From Candidatus Eiseniibacteriota bacterium (lineage in GTDB: Bacteria > Orphanbacterota > Orphanbacteria > Orphanbacterales > Orphanbacteraceae): 55,222 bases of DNA. The notes beneath the pieces are model-generated. The model ran no database searches. It was not told where the DNA came from and was given only the letters and a program-made list of their open reading frames with translations. The translations under genes and the position numbers were made by a program. This document shows positions 28,961-39,083 of the stretch, in pieces. Where the stretch lies: NCBI GenBank assembly GCA_043809585.1, contig JBDROZ010000011.1, forward strand, positions 1 to 55,222, in the 5' to 3' direction. The number at the start of each line of letters is the position of its first letter. Position 1 is the stretch's first letter.

Positions 28961-29940
28961 GACGCTTCTCCCCCGTCGCGGACCCGCGGATCGACGACGG
29001 AGTAGGTCACGTCGGCGATCAAGTTGCCGCAGACGACGAGCAGGGCGGCGACGAAGGTGTTCGCCATGATGAGAGGGTAGTCCCGCTGGAAGATCGCCGT
29101 CACGATGACCCTTCCCATGCCCGGCCAGCCGAAAATCGTTTCCACGAGCACGGCGCCGCTGAAGAGGAACGGGAGGTAGAGCCCGACGAGGGTGACCACC
29201 GGGAGGAGGCCGTTCCGGAGGGCGTGCCGGAGGATCACCTCCCTTTCCGGAAGGCCCTTGGCCCGGGCGGTCCGGACGAAGTCCATCCGGATCACCTCGA
29301 GCATGCTCGCCCGGGTGTAGCGCGCCACGCCCGCCAGGGCGCCGAGCCCGAGGGCCGTCGCGGGGAGAATGAGGTGACGGATCCGGTCGATCAGTTTTTC
29401 CCAAACCGTGAACGACTCGTAGCGGAAATCGATGGAAGTCATGTGGTCCGCGGGCAGCCAGTGGAGGTGGTAGTGGAAAAGGAGGAGAAGCATGAGGGCG
29501 AACCAGAAGCTCGGCATGGAATAGAAGAAGAACGAGAGGAGAGTGATGGCGTGGTCGAGGAGGGAGTATTGCCGGATCGCGGAGACGACGCCGACCAGGA
29601 CGCCGGCGGTGAAGATGATCGAGAGCGCTACGGCGGAGAGAAACACGGTATTCGGCAGGGAGTCGGCGATCACGTCCGCCACCGGACGCTTGTGGGCGAA
29701 GGAATAGCCGAAGTCGCCGGTCAGGAAGTTCGCGATCCACTTGCCGTACTGCACCGGCAGGGGTTGGTCGAGGCCGAGGTTCTTCTGCATCAGCCGGATC
29801 ACGTCCGGATCGACGTCGGGGTTCCAGTAGAGCGTGGTGGGATCCCCCGGCGCCAGGTGGACGACGAAGAACACAAGAGTGGTGATCCCGAGCACGAGGG
29901 GGATCGCGGAGAGGACCCGGCGGATGATGAATCGAAGCAC
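28957..29940 (-). CDS. Peptide ABC transporter permease (DppB/OppB)
   Basis: GLDQPLPVQY, HLILPA, FVRTARAKGL, VETIFGWPGMG, RDYP. Confidence 0.95.
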   Translation of the reverse strand: MLRFIIRRVLSAIPLVLGITTLVFFVVHLAPGDPTTLYWNPDVDPDVIRLMQKNLGLDQPLPVQYGKWIANFLTGDFGYSFAHKRPVADVIADSLPNTVFLSAVALSIIFTAGVLVGVVSAIRQYSLLDHAITLLSFFFYSMPSFWFALMLLLLFHYHLHWLPADHMTSIDFRYESFTVWEKLIDRIRHLILPATALGLGALAGVARYTRASMLEVIRMDFVRTARAKGLPEREVILRHALRNGLLPVVTLVGLYLPFLFSGAVLVETIFGWPGMGRVIVTAIFQRDYPLIMANTFVAALLVVCGNLIADVTYSVVDPRVRDGGEAS

Positions 29941-29966
29941 GTTGGCCTCCGCTAGCCGCCGGCCGG

Positions 29967-31595
29967 CTACGAATCGCCGCCCGCCGAGAGGTACTTCCTC
30001 TTCCCCGCCGGGACGTACCACTCTTCCAAGTTGTAGGTCCACGCATAGGTGATGAGCTGGACGTTCTCGAAGCGCTCGTCGAGCCCGTACAGGTCGTCGA
30101 GGTTGAAGAGGAAGGTATAGGGCGCGTCGGCGGCGATCTCCCTCTGCACCCGGCCCCAGAGTCTCTTCGCCTTCTCCCGGTCCAGTTCCATCACCGCCTC
30201 GTCGATCAGGCGGTCCACCTCCGGATTGGAATAGCTCACCTGGTTGTACTTGTCCGTGATGGATCGGCTGTGCCAGATCGACGTGAGGTCCACCTTCACG
30301 CCCTGCCTCCATCCGTGGCAATCGGCCTCGAAGTCCTTCCGGTTCGTCTGCTCGATGAACACGGTGAACTCCAGCGTGACCGGGTGCATCTTGACGCCGA
30401 TCGTGGCGAGCATCTCCTGAACGATCACCACGATGTCCTTCCGGAGATCGTTGTTCTCGTTCGTCTTCATGGAGAACTCGAAAGTCCGGCCCTCCTTGTC
30501 GAGCCAGCCGTCGCCGTCGTGGTCTTCCCATCCCGCCTCGGCGAGGAGCGCCCGCGCCCCTTCCGGATCGTAGGGAATGGGGGGAAGGTCCGGATCATAA
30601 GCCCAGAGAAAGGGAAGGATCGGGCCGTCGATCACCTGGCCCGTCCCGTAGAGGAGGGACGAGACGATCTTCTTCCTGTCCACGGCCATGGTGAGGGCCC
30701 GGCGCACCCGGCGGTCCCGGAAGAGGGGGTTCTCCCCCTGCCAACCGAGGTAGTAGTAAACGCGGCTCGGCACCTGGTAGACCTTGATACGGGGAGTCTT
30801 CCGGAGGTCCTCCACCGCATGGGGAGGAAACTTGGGGTAGAGATCGATTTCGCCCGTCTTCAGCTGGGCGAGAAGGTTCGTGCGGTCGGGCACGATCTTG
30901 AAGACCACCCGGTCGAGATAGGGGCGCCCTTGGAAATAATCCTCGTTCGCCACGATCGTGATCGTCTGCTGCGTCTTCCATCCGCCGAACCGGAAGGAGC
31001 CGGTCCCGACCGGGTTCCGGTTGAAATCATGGTCCCGTATCTTCTCCGGCGGCACTCCCTCGAGGATGTGCTTCGGCAGGGGCCTTCCCACGTTCGCGTC
31101 GGTCAACTGGTACGGGTAGACCGAATCGAAATCGAACCGGACCGTAAGCGAATCGAGCGCGGTGACCGACACGATGTGGTCGAGCCAACGGATGGCGCCG
31201 TACCCGATCCGTTCGTCTTTGTAGAGGGGGATGCTGAACTCCACGTCATAGGCGCTGAACTTCACGCCGTCGTGCCACCGGACATTGTCGTGAAGATGAA
31301 ACGTGAGTGACTTGTGGTCGGAGGAGAACTCCCATGACTCGGCGAGCCAGGGGGAGTAGGTCGCCATGTCCGGGTTCGTCGAGGCGAGCCCGGCGAAGAG
31401 GAGGCCGTGGATGTCCGACCCCGTGGTGGTCGAGGAGGTGAGAGGGCATAGGGCGTCCGCCTCGGTCTCCATGCCGACCACGAGGGTTCCCCCCACGCGC
31501 CCCTCGTCCTTGACGGGGGGCGGTTCGTCGCCTCCGCAACCGGCCCCGAGGAGAAGCGCGCCGACCAAGATCCGAAGGGTCCGCCGAACAACCAG
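29967..31595 (-). CDS. Peptide ABC transporter substrate-binding lipoprotein (family 5)
   Basis: Lipobox LGAGC, LAESWE...WHDG, PVGTGSF, VRRALTMAVDR. Start placed at CTG 31595 after AAGGAGG; alternative TTG 31568. Confidence 0.93.
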   Translation of the reverse strand: MVVRRTLRILVGALLLGAGCGGDEPPPVKDEGRVGGTLVVGMETEADALCPLTSSTTTGSDIHGLLFAGLASTNPDMATYSPWLAESWEFSSDHKSLTFHLHDNVRWHDGVKFSAYDVEFSIPLYKDERIGYGAIRWLDHIVSVTALDSLTVRFDFDSVYPYQLTDANVGRPLPKHILEGVPPEKIRDHDFNRNPVGTGSFRFGGWKTQQTITIVANEDYFQGRPYLDRVVFKIVPDRTNLLAQLKTGEIDLYPKFPPHAVEDLRKTPRIKVYQVPSRVYYYLGWQGENPLFRDRRVRRALTMAVDRKKIVSSLLYGTGQVIDGPILPFLWAYDPDLPPIPYDPEGARALLAEAGWEDHDGDGWLDKEGRTFEFSMKTNENNDLRKDIVVIVQEMLATIGVKMHPVTLEFTVFIEQTNRKDFEADCHGWRQGVKVDLTSIWHSRSITDKYNQVSYSNPEVDRLIDEAVMELDREKAKRLWGRVQREIAADAPYTFLFNLDDLYGLDERFENVQLITYAWTYNLEEWYVPAGKRKYLSAGGDS

Positions 31596-31801
31596 TGAAA
31601 CCGCCTCCTTTCCGAGGGGGACAGCCGCATCCTAACCTTAATCCGGCAAAAAATCCCGGTGCAAATCGCCGACGCTCGCGCGTTTTCACTCGCGATTTTT
31701 CACCAGATCAAGGCCAAGCACTCCGCCGGGGCGGCTCAAGGGAAAACCCCGGTCCTCCCGGGAGGGGGCCGCCTTGACAACGCGGGCGGGCCGGTGGTTC
31801 C

Positions 31802-32713
31802 ATGGCCCCGGAGAGGAGAGATCCCTTGAACGAGAAGGCCCGCGCGCCCGACGCGTTGACGGTGGACGTGGAAGAGTACTTTCACGCCACTATATTCGCC
31901 GATTCCATCCCCCGCAAGGAGTGGGACGAACGGGCCGGCCGCGCCTCGTCCTCCCTGGCCCGGCTGCTCGAACGGTTCGACGCCTGGGGGGTCCGGGCGA
32001 CGTTCTTCTTCCTCGGCTGGTACGCCGAGCGGAACCCCGGGGCGGTCCGGGACGTGGTCACCGCGGGCCACGAAGTCGCCGCCCACGGCTACGACCACAC
32101 CCTTCTTCCCGATCTCGGGCCCCGCCGGTTCCGCGAGGACCTCCGGCGGACGAAGGGCCTGCTCGAGGAGAGCGGAGGCGCGGCCGTCGCCGGCTACCGG
32201 GCCCCCACCTTCTCGATCACCGACCGGACCCTCTGGGCGATCCCGATCCTCGCGGAGGAGGGTTTCGCCTACGACTCGAGCGTCTTCCCGATCCGTCACG
32301 ACCGGTACGGCATCCCCGGGTTTCCCCGGCGTCCGGTGCGGCTCCGGTTCGAAGGGGGGAGTCTCGTCGAGTTCCCTCTCTCCACCTGGCGGATCGGTCC
32401 GTGGAACGTGCCCGTCGCCGGGGGGGGCTACCTCCGCCTTCTCCCCCTCCCCGTGATGGTCCGGGGCCTCCGCGCGGTGCGGCGGGAGGGGGCCCCCGCC
32501 GTCCTCTATCTCCACCCGTGGGAAATCGATCCGGGCCAGCCCCGGATCCCCCTCCCCCTCCTCTCGCGAATCCGCCACTACCGCAACCTGGACCGAGCCG
32601 AGGACCGTCTCGGGCGCCTGCTCCGCGACGGGAGTTGGGCCCCCATGGGGGAGATCCTCCGGGAGCTCCCGCTCGATGATCACCCTCTCCGCGTCTCTCC
32701 CGCCCTCCCCTGA
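31802..32713 (+). CDS. Polysaccharide deacetylase (XrtA-system/DUF3473 type)
   Basis: LTVDVEEYFH, ATFFFLGW, HEVAAHGYDH, GYRAPTFS, YDSS, GGGYLR, YLHPWEIDP. Confidence 0.92.
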   Translation: MAPERRDPLNEKARAPDALTVDVEEYFHATIFADSIPRKEWDERAGRASSSLARLLERFDAWGVRATFFFLGWYAERNPGAVRDVVTAGHEVAAHGYDHTLLPDLGPRRFREDLRRTKGLLEESGGAAVAGYRAPTFSITDRTLWAIPILAEEGFAYDSSVFPIRHDRYGIPGFPRRPVRLRFEGGSLVEFPLSTWRIGPWNVPVAGGGYLRLLPLPVMVRGLRAVRREGAPAVLYLHPWEIDPGQPRIPLPLLSRIRHYRNLDRAEDRLGRLLRDGSWAPMGEILRELPLDDHPLRVSPALP

Positions 32714-32762
32714 GGGTCTCTCCCCGTTTCCCGATCGTATCTTCTTACCCGATCCTCACTTC

Positions 32763-32791
32763 TTGACAGTTTTGGCGGGCCGCGCTAGTAT
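32763..32791 (+). promoter_or_regulatory. Putative sigma70 promoter
   Basis: TTGACA (32763-32768), 17 bp, TAGTAT (32786-32791). Confidence 0.65.
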
Positions 32792-32881
32792 TCGGCTCGC
32801 TCCCGCGGCGATCGCTTGGCGGATGAAGCAAGTGCCCTTTGGAAGGGCCGAGGATAGGCTCCCGCGGAGGAAAGACGGCGT

Positions 32882-34033
32882 ATGACCAAGGCTCCTCTCC
32901 GGAAATCCGTTCTTCTCTCGTCGCTCCTCGTCGTCCTCGGGGCCTTTCCGGCCGCGGCGGCGGAGGAGCCGCTGATGATCTGGACCCAGCCTCTCGGGGC
33001 ACTTCTGCAACTGAAGGGGGATGCGACGATCCGGGGACAGAGCCCCGTGCCTCTCTTCGCCGAGCAGGCCGGGCTGTATGACGTGCGCGTATCCCGAGAG
33101 GGATACGAAACGGCCCACGGGTCCCTCCTTCTTCGGAACCGGGGGGGCGCTCTCCGGGTCGGCGAGTCGTTCTCTCTCCGGCACAGGCGGGTCTTTCGCT
33201 CGATCGCCCTTCCCGGTTACGGGCAGATGAGAGAGGGGCGGCCGTACGCGGGGGGCCTCTGGGCGGTCCACACCTTCTCCGCCGCGGTGACCACCCTCGT
33301 CTTGGAAGGGAAGTACCGGGAGGCCCACGACCAGTTCGCCGAGGCGAACGCGCTGGTTGCGCGGATGGCGGAGACGGGGGACGAGGGCGTGCTCGCCGCC
33401 CTTCACGAGACCTATCGCCTCGAATCGAATGCGAACCGCCGGCTCCGGGACCGGAACTGGGGGCTCGGCGCTCTCGCCTTGTACTGGGGGCTGAATCTCG
33501 TCGACGCCACGTTCTTCCATCCCGCGATGGACATCCGGGAGGGATCGGAAGGAGTGGCCCAGATCACTCTTGCGGAGAGGACGAAGAGACGGGCGGTGGT
33601 CCGCTCTGCGCTCTACCCGGGCCTCGGCCAGAGCTACTTGGGGCGGCCCTTCGGAGGGGCCCTCTACACGGCGCTCGCGACGGCGGCGGGCGTGACCGCG
33701 GTCGTCTCCCATCTGCGGTACAAAGGGGAGGTCGACCGGGTGGAGACGCTCGACGCGGAGTACACCGCGCTCACCCCGATCGGGGCGGAAGAGGCGGAGA
33801 CGGCCCGTCTCGTGCTCGCCGAACGGGACGGGGCGGTCACCCGGAGCGAAGACGACCGGGACCGGCGGAACACGGCCGTCTTTGTCGCCGCCGGCGTCTA
33901 TCTGGCGTCGATCGTCGACGCCCTTCTCGGGGCACCCGCGGGACCGGTGGAAAAGGAAGGGGGCGCGGAGGTCGGCATGCTCGCGCCCGCGGGGCCGGGG
34001 CGGGCGGCCTTCGGAGTGTGCTGGCGGTTTTGA
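32882..34033 (+). CDS. Exported protein with PEGA-like N-domain and two PGxGQ membrane-helix repeats
   Basis: Signal peptide; GLYDVRVSREGYE; repeats RSIALPGYGQ...NLVDA and RSALYPGLGQ...SIVDA. Confidence 0.75.
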   Translation: MTKAPLRKSVLLSSLLVVLGAFPAAAAEEPLMIWTQPLGALLQLKGDATIRGQSPVPLFAEQAGLYDVRVSREGYETAHGSLLLRNRGGALRVGESFSLRHRRVFRSIALPGYGQMREGRPYAGGLWAVHTFSAAVTTLVLEGKYREAHDQFAEANALVARMAETGDEGVLAALHETYRLESNANRRLRDRNWGLGALALYWGLNLVDATFFHPAMDIREGSEGVAQITLAERTKRRAVVRSALYPGLGQSYLGRPFGGALYTALATAAGVTAVVSHLRYKGEVDRVETLDAEYTALTPIGAEEAETARLVLAERDGAVTRSEDDRDRRNTAVFVAAGVYLASIVDALLGAPAGPVEKEGGAEVGMLAPAGPGRAAFGVCWRF

Positions 34034-34089
34034 GGACCACTCGGTGCCCCACGGAGCGGATCCGCGAGGGCGGGGGAGGATTCCGAATC

Positions 34090-36237
34090 ATGCAAGGGCG
34101 ATTCGCGCGTTTTCCGATCGCGGCCGGGTTCCTCACCCTCCTCGTCATCTCCTTCGCCGGTTGCGGGGACGAGGGGCCGACCCGGGTGCCCATCACCCTC
34201 GACGCTCCTCCGCGCCCGACGGACCTCCGGGCCGACGTGGAAGAGCGGCGGGTGACTCTCGATTGGGACGTCCCCTCGGCCGAGGGAATCGCTTCCTATC
34301 GTGTCTACCGGAGCGAAGGGGAGGCCGGAGAGTTCATCCTGGTCGGCCAGCCGGCGGGTTCGTCGCTCGTGGATTCGGGCCTCGTCCCCGGCCGGACCTA
34401 CTCCTACCGGGTCACCGCCCTCGGATCCAACGGAATCGAGTCGGATCCTTCGAGCGAAGTCGCGGTCACTCCGGGCTCGTTCGGAATCGTCATCGACGAC
34501 CGGGCGGAATACACGGGGACCCGTTCCGTGACGCTTCTCTTCACGGCGCCGGCCGACGTGAACGCCGTGAAGGTGGGCCACGATTCGCTTCTGACCGGCG
34601 CTTTCTACGAGGCCTTCGAGGGGAGCCGGGGCTGGATCCTCGCCGACGGGGATGGCGAAAAGGCGGTCTACGCACGGTTCCGCACCGGGGGGGGAGCGGA
34701 GAGTCCCGTCGTCGGGGACCGGATCATCCTGGACCGCGTCGCTCGGATCCTCTCCCTCGTGGAGGACTCGGAGGGCGCGACCCTCGGTCCCGGCGACACG
34801 CTCCGGGTCACCATGATCACAGGCGAGGCGGGGGGCGAGGCGACGGTGACCATCGGCACCGGCATCGTCGGCGAACCGATGGCCTACGACGACCTGTCCG
34901 GCGCGTACATCTACACGCGGATCGTCACGCCCGATCTCTTCGCGACGGGAGAAGTGGCGATCGGGAATTTCATCGACCGTGCGGGGAACCGGGCCCCCTC
35001 CTTCGCGACGACGACGACCGTGACCTTCGGCGACCCGGGCTCCGCCCCCGTCCCGGTCACACTCGCCGCCGCCGGGACGGGAACGAATTGGATCGCCCTC
35101 GAATGGACCGCGAGCGGCGAGATCGACTTCGCTTCGTACGTGGTCTATCGGAGCGGCCAGCCGGGAATCACGGGGGGGCCGGGCGACTTCGTGGTCGGCC
35201 TTCTCTCCGACGCCGGCGTGACGGGGATGGTCGACTCCGTCGGGCTCCGGGACACGACGGCCTATTACTACCGGATCTTCGTCCGGGACGCCGCGGGCCG
35301 AACGGCCGGGTCGAACACGGTATCGGCGGCGACCCGGAACGCCCCCCCCATCGGGGCGGGGGGGTTCGCCGCCGCCGCGCTCGACTCCCCTCTCATCGAC
35401 ATCCGGTTGACGTGGAACGCCGTGGACGCCTCGGCGGTCCGCGATTTCGCCGCCTATGAGATCTACCGCTCCACCGCCGAGGCGGTCAGCCGGAACTCCG
35501 ACCTGGTGGGGACCGTCGGCGAAATAGGCACCCGGTCCTTCGTCGACCGAACCACGGCGGAAGCGACCACCTACTACTACCGCCTCTACGTCGTCGACCG
35601 GGGGGGCCTCGCCGCCTCCTCCGAGACGGCGTCCGCCGTGACGACCGACCGGGACCCCTCCTTCGTGACCCTGAACGCCCCGAGCGTGGACGTGACGAAC
35701 CAGAACGTCATCCTCACGTGGGACCGGAACGGGGACGTGGACTTCGCGGCGTACGAGATCTACTGGAGGTCCGGCTCCGTCGGGGGGGTCGGTTCCTTCT
35801 CCCGGCTCCACGTGATCAACAACCCCGCGACCACCGGCTACGTCCACTATCCGGAGGTGACCGACCTCCCCCTCTACGTGGAGTACTACCTCGAGGTGAC
35901 CGACAGGACCGGGAACCGGACCCGGAGCAACTCGGTGCAGGCCGTCTTCCCGCTCCAGCCCCAAGCGCCTCCAGGCGTTGAAGTCGTTGCAGGGAGAACC
36001 TCCGCGTTCGTCAACGTGACAACTGATGTTCCGACACGGGTTCTGGTGAGATACGGTACCAACTCCAGCTCCTTGAACCAGACCCAAACGGACAGCAACC
36101 TGGCCCACTATCACTCCGTTGCCCTGTCGGGGCTCTTGGAGGGAACGACCTACTTCGTCCAGGTTACAGTGACCGACGAGTCAGGGGCCAGCACGGTGGC
36201 CCCCGTCAGGACCTTCACGACCACCGGCGGCGGCTAG
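34090..36237 (+). CDS. Multi-fibronectin type III domain lipoprotein
   Basis: Lipobox FAGC; about five FN3-like repeats (L.W...DFA.Y.IYR...YYYR....D..G). Confidence 0.85.
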   Translation: MQGRFARFPIAAGFLTLLVISFAGCGDEGPTRVPITLDAPPRPTDLRADVEERRVTLDWDVPSAEGIASYRVYRSEGEAGEFILVGQPAGSSLVDSGLVPGRTYSYRVTALGSNGIESDPSSEVAVTPGSFGIVIDDRAEYTGTRSVTLLFTAPADVNAVKVGHDSLLTGAFYEAFEGSRGWILADGDGEKAVYARFRTGGGAESPVVGDRIILDRVARILSLVEDSEGATLGPGDTLRVTMITGEAGGEATVTIGTGIVGEPMAYDDLSGAYIYTRIVTPDLFATGEVAIGNFIDRAGNRAPSFATTTTVTFGDPGSAPVPVTLAAAGTGTNWIALEWTASGEIDFASYVVYRSGQPGITGGPGDFVVGLLSDAGVTGMVDSVGLRDTTAYYYRIFVRDAAGRTAGSNTVSAATRNAPPIGAGGFAAAALDSPLIDIRLTWNAVDASAVRDFAAYEIYRSTAEAVSRNSDLVGTVGEIGTRSFVDRTTAEATTYYYRLYVVDRGGLAASSETASAVTTDRDPSFVTLNAPSVDVTNQNVILTWDRNGDVDFAAYEIYWRSGSVGGVGSFSRLHVINNPATTGYVHYPEVTDLPLYVEYYLEVTDRTGNRTRSNSVQAVFPLQPQAPPGVEVVAGRTSAFVNVTTDVPTRVLVRYGTNSSSLNQTQTDSNLAHYHSVALSGLLEGTTYFVQVTVTDESGASTVAPVRTFTTTGGG

Positions 36238-36416
36238 CCTGGACTATGCATGAATCTCCATCACGAGGGCTCGGATCGCCTGACGAGAAGCTGACTTGGA
36301 CGAGCCGCCACCGGAGGCGTAGTCATGCACTACGTCGAGGAGGCGGTGACGGAAAGGAAGCTTCGCAGGCGGCGATCCGAGATCGCAGTAGGAGATTTGT
36401 GCATAGTCCAGGCTAG
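36234..36416. mobile_element. 183-bp MITE-like hairpin element E3
   Basis: TIRs CTAGCCTGGACTATGCATGAATCTCC / GGAGATTTGTGCATAGTCCAGGCTAG; apical CGTAGT-CATGC-ACTACG 36318-36334. The left TAG is the FN3 gene stop; a half copy lies at 55062-55145. Confidence 0.85.
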
Positions 36417-36644
36417 GAGACCCCCGGGAGAGCGGAGGAGGATCCTCCCAATCGTGTTGACCGGGTCGCCGGATTGCGGTAAAATTCTAACCACCTCTGG
36501 TTGCCTGCTTCTCAAGCGAGCGCCGCCCCTCCCCCGAAGCGCCGGATGCCGGCTTGTGCGACATCCCGCGATTCACCGAGGAGTCCGACGGACATCCCGC
36601 CGGTTCCCCGAGTCGCTGCGGGGCTCGAACTTGGAAGGGCTGAA

Positions 36645-37448
36645 ATGCGACGCCGACTGGGGCTTTCCCGGATCTTTCTCCCGGCCAAGGGCAGGGAGAA
36701 GGAACCGAAGATCGCGGAGTTGAAGGTCATCGACCTTCGCCGTTTCGACGGAAAGGAGTGGAGCCCTTACGGGGGCGATCTCCCCAAGACCCCCCTATTG
36801 AAGGACCTCGGGGACCGGACGGCGGCCTTCGTCGCGATCCTGTTCCTTCTCCCCCTCTACGCCGTCACGGCCCTTGCCATCCGCCTCACCTCACGGGGCC
36901 CGATCGTCTATCGCCAGGTGCGAATCGGCCAAAACCGGCGAACGTCGAGACGCCCCGGGGGGCGCCCGAGCGCGTACTACGACGTGTACGACCGGCGGTC
37001 CCTCGATCTCCCCGGGCGTCCGTTCATCATCTACAAGTTCCGGACCATGGTCGACCGGGCCGAAGAGGCCTCGGGGCCGATGTGGGCGCGGGAGAACGAC
37101 CCCCGGATCACCGTGTTCGGGAGGCTCCTCCGGCGGCTCCGGATCGACGAAACCCCCCAGTTCTTCAATGTCCTGAAGGGGGACATGAGCCTCGTCGGGC
37201 CCCGCCCGGAGCGCCCGACCTTCGTCAGGGACCTGATCGAGGAGATCCCCGAGTACGCCATCCGCCTCCGGGTCAAGCCGGGAATCACCGGCCTCGCCCA
37301 GGTGGAGCACCGGTACGACACCTGTCTGGAAGATGTCCGGACCAAGCTCCGCTATGACCTCGCCTACATCCGGAATCTCTCTCTCTGGAACGACTTCAAG
37401 ATCTGCTGCCGGACCGTGAGCGTGGTGATCACCGCAAGAGGCCAGTAG
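36645..37448 (+). CDS. Polyprenyl-phosphate sugar transferase (Bac_transf; WcaJ C-terminal-like)
   Basis: IYKFRTM, DPRIT.FG..LR..RIDE.PQF.NVL.GDMSLVGPRPE, KPGITGLAQV, D..YI. Confidence 0.92.
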   Translation: MRRRLGLSRIFLPAKGREKEPKIAELKVIDLRRFDGKEWSPYGGDLPKTPLLKDLGDRTAAFVAILFLLPLYAVTALAIRLTSRGPIVYRQVRIGQNRRTSRRPGGRPSAYYDVYDRRSLDLPGRPFIIYKFRTMVDRAEEASGPMWARENDPRITVFGRLLRRLRIDETPQFFNVLKGDMSLVGPRPERPTFVRDLIEEIPEYAIRLRVKPGITGLAQVEHRYDTCLEDVRTKLRYDLAYIRNLSLWNDFKICCRTVSVVITARGQ

Positions 37449-37493
37449 CCGTTCGCCGCCGCCGGATACCTTCTCCCCGGCCCCCCTTTTTCC

Positions 37494-37612
37494 TTGACAC
37501 GATGGGGGCGCCGTTCTATGTTCGCCCGGCGTCGGATGTTGGGGTAAACGTGTTTCGAATCAATCGATTAGAGGCCCGTTTCCTTGACGGGAAGCGGGCG
37601 GTTGGTTATATT
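37494..37612 (+). promoter_or_regulatory. Tandem sigma70 promoters upstream of tRNA-Leu/tig
   Basis: TTGACA(37494)-17-TATGTT(37517) and TTGACG(37584)-17-TATATT(37607). Confidence 0.7.
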
Positions 37613-37641
37613 GGACAGGTCCCACGGGCGACAAGATCGAA

Positions 37642-37726
37642 GCGAGAGTGGCGGAACTGGCAGACGCGCTGGATTTAGGATCCAGTGGGGGAACCCGTGG
37701 GGGTTCAAATCCCCCCTCTCGCACCA
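37642..37726 (+). tRNA. tRNA-Leu (anticodon TAG)
   Basis: GCGAGAG acceptor stem, anticodon arm CTGGA-TTTAGGA-TCCAG, long variable arm, GGTTCAAATCC T-arm, encoded CCA. Confidence 0.97.
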
Positions 37727-37761
37727 GAGCGTCGGACCGCAGCCTTAGCAGGATCATCTAG

Positions 37762-39066
37762 ATGAGTTCGGAACTTCAACCTATAGTCGAAGTCGACGAG
37801 TCGCGGCCGGGCACGATGGAATTCTCCATCGAATTGCCGGAAGAAGCCCTCCGTGATGAGATGGAGAAGGAGTTCCGGAGCCTCGTCATGGGGGCCAAGG
37901 TCCCCGGGTTCCGAAAAGGAAAGGCGCCCCGGCACCTCCTCGAGGCGAAGTACCGGGAGGGAGTGCGAAGCGAGGCGCTCGAAAGAATCGTATCCCGGAC
38001 GATCTGGAGCACCCTGGAAGAGCGGAAGGTGGTCCCCTTCTTCGATCCCGAGTTGACCAAGCTCGAGGCGCCGGAAGGAGAGCCGGTCCGCATCGGGTTC
38101 ATCGTCGACTCGTGGCCGGACGTGGAGCTGAAGAAGTACCGCGACTTCGAGCTCCGGCGTCCGGTCCGGGAGATCTCGGACGAAGACATGGAGAGGGAGA
38201 CCCGGGCGCTGCAGGAGGCGAACGTGATCTACGTCCCCGTCGATCGCCCGGCGATCCGGGGGGACCAGCTCGTCGTCTCGTACCAGCGCTTCCTTCCGGG
38301 AGGGGCCGCCTTCGGGAAGCGAAAGGGCGACACGTCGATCGTGATCGGCCTCGAGGAGTCGCCGGGAGTGGAGGGGATCATCGAAAAGGGGCTCCTCGCC
38401 GCATCGCCCGGAGGGACCCGTTCCGTGTCGGTCGACTTTCCGGAGAGCCATCCGAGCGCCCAGGTCGCCGGAAGGACCATCGAGTTCCGGTTCGACGTGA
38501 AGGAGGTCCGGGAACGGACCCTGCCCCCCGTGAACGACGAGTTCGCCTCCCGGATCCTCGGGGACGGGGAGGCGACCCTGGATCTTCTGAGCGAGAAGAT
38601 CCGGGAGCATCTCGCCCGCCAGGCGGGGGACGAGGCGGAGCGGAAGCTGGACGAGGAGATCCTGGACCGCCTGATCCGGGAGAACGTGGTGAGTATTTCG
38701 GACCGCCTCCTCGAACGGGTGACGGAGTCGAACCTCCCCCCCTTCCCCCCCGAAGAGGGCATCCCCGAGGATCAGCGGGAAGAGGCGGCGAAGCGGAAGA
38801 GGGCGATTGTCGAGCATCACCGAAAAGGGGCGCTCCGGGCGATTCAGAAACTCGCCCTCATGACCGAAATAGCGGGTAGGGAGAAGCTCGAGCCGGAAGA
38901 GCGAGAGGTCGAGGCGATGCGCCGCGCCCTCGCGCCGAAGGAGGACCCCACCCTCTCCGCGGAGAAGCGGAAAGAGGAGAGGGGGAGAATGACCTCCGAG
39001 ATCCGCCGGGTGCTCCGGGACAAAAACGTATTTCAATGGATCAAGCAGAACTCGACCGTTCCATAA
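37762..39066 (+). CDS. tig: Trigger factor
   Basis: [10 protein letters not shown] ribosome-binding motif, FKBP-like middle domain, tRNA-Leu-tig-clpP-clpX-lon synteny. Confidence 0.93.
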   Translation: MSSELQPIVEVDESRPGTMEFSIELPEEALRDEMEKEFRSLVMGAKVPGFRKGKAPRHLLEAKYREGVRSEALERIVSRTIWSTLEERKVVPFFDPELTKLEAPEGEPVRIGFIVDSWPDVELKKYRDFELRRPVREISDEDMERETRALQEANVIYVPVDRPAIRGDQLVVSYQRFLPGGAAFGKRKGDTSIVIGLEESPGVEGIIEKGLLAASPGGTRSVSVDFPESHPSAQVAGRTIEFRFDVKEVRERTLPPVNDEFASRILGDGEATLDLLSEKIREHLARQAGDEAERKLDEEILDRLIRENVVSISDRLLERVTESNLPPFPPEEGIPEDQREEAAKRKRAIVEHHRKGALRAIQKLALMTEIAGREKLEPEEREVEAMRRALAPKEDPTLSAEKRKEERGRMTSEIRRVLRDKNVFQWIKQNSTVP

Positions 39067-39083
39067 CGGGGAGGCCAGAGCGA

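Noticed and set aside
37642-37762. Genomic island integrated at tRNA-Leu
   Set aside because: The tRNA is followed directly by tig in conserved synteny; no duplicated tRNA 3' end or integrase seen.
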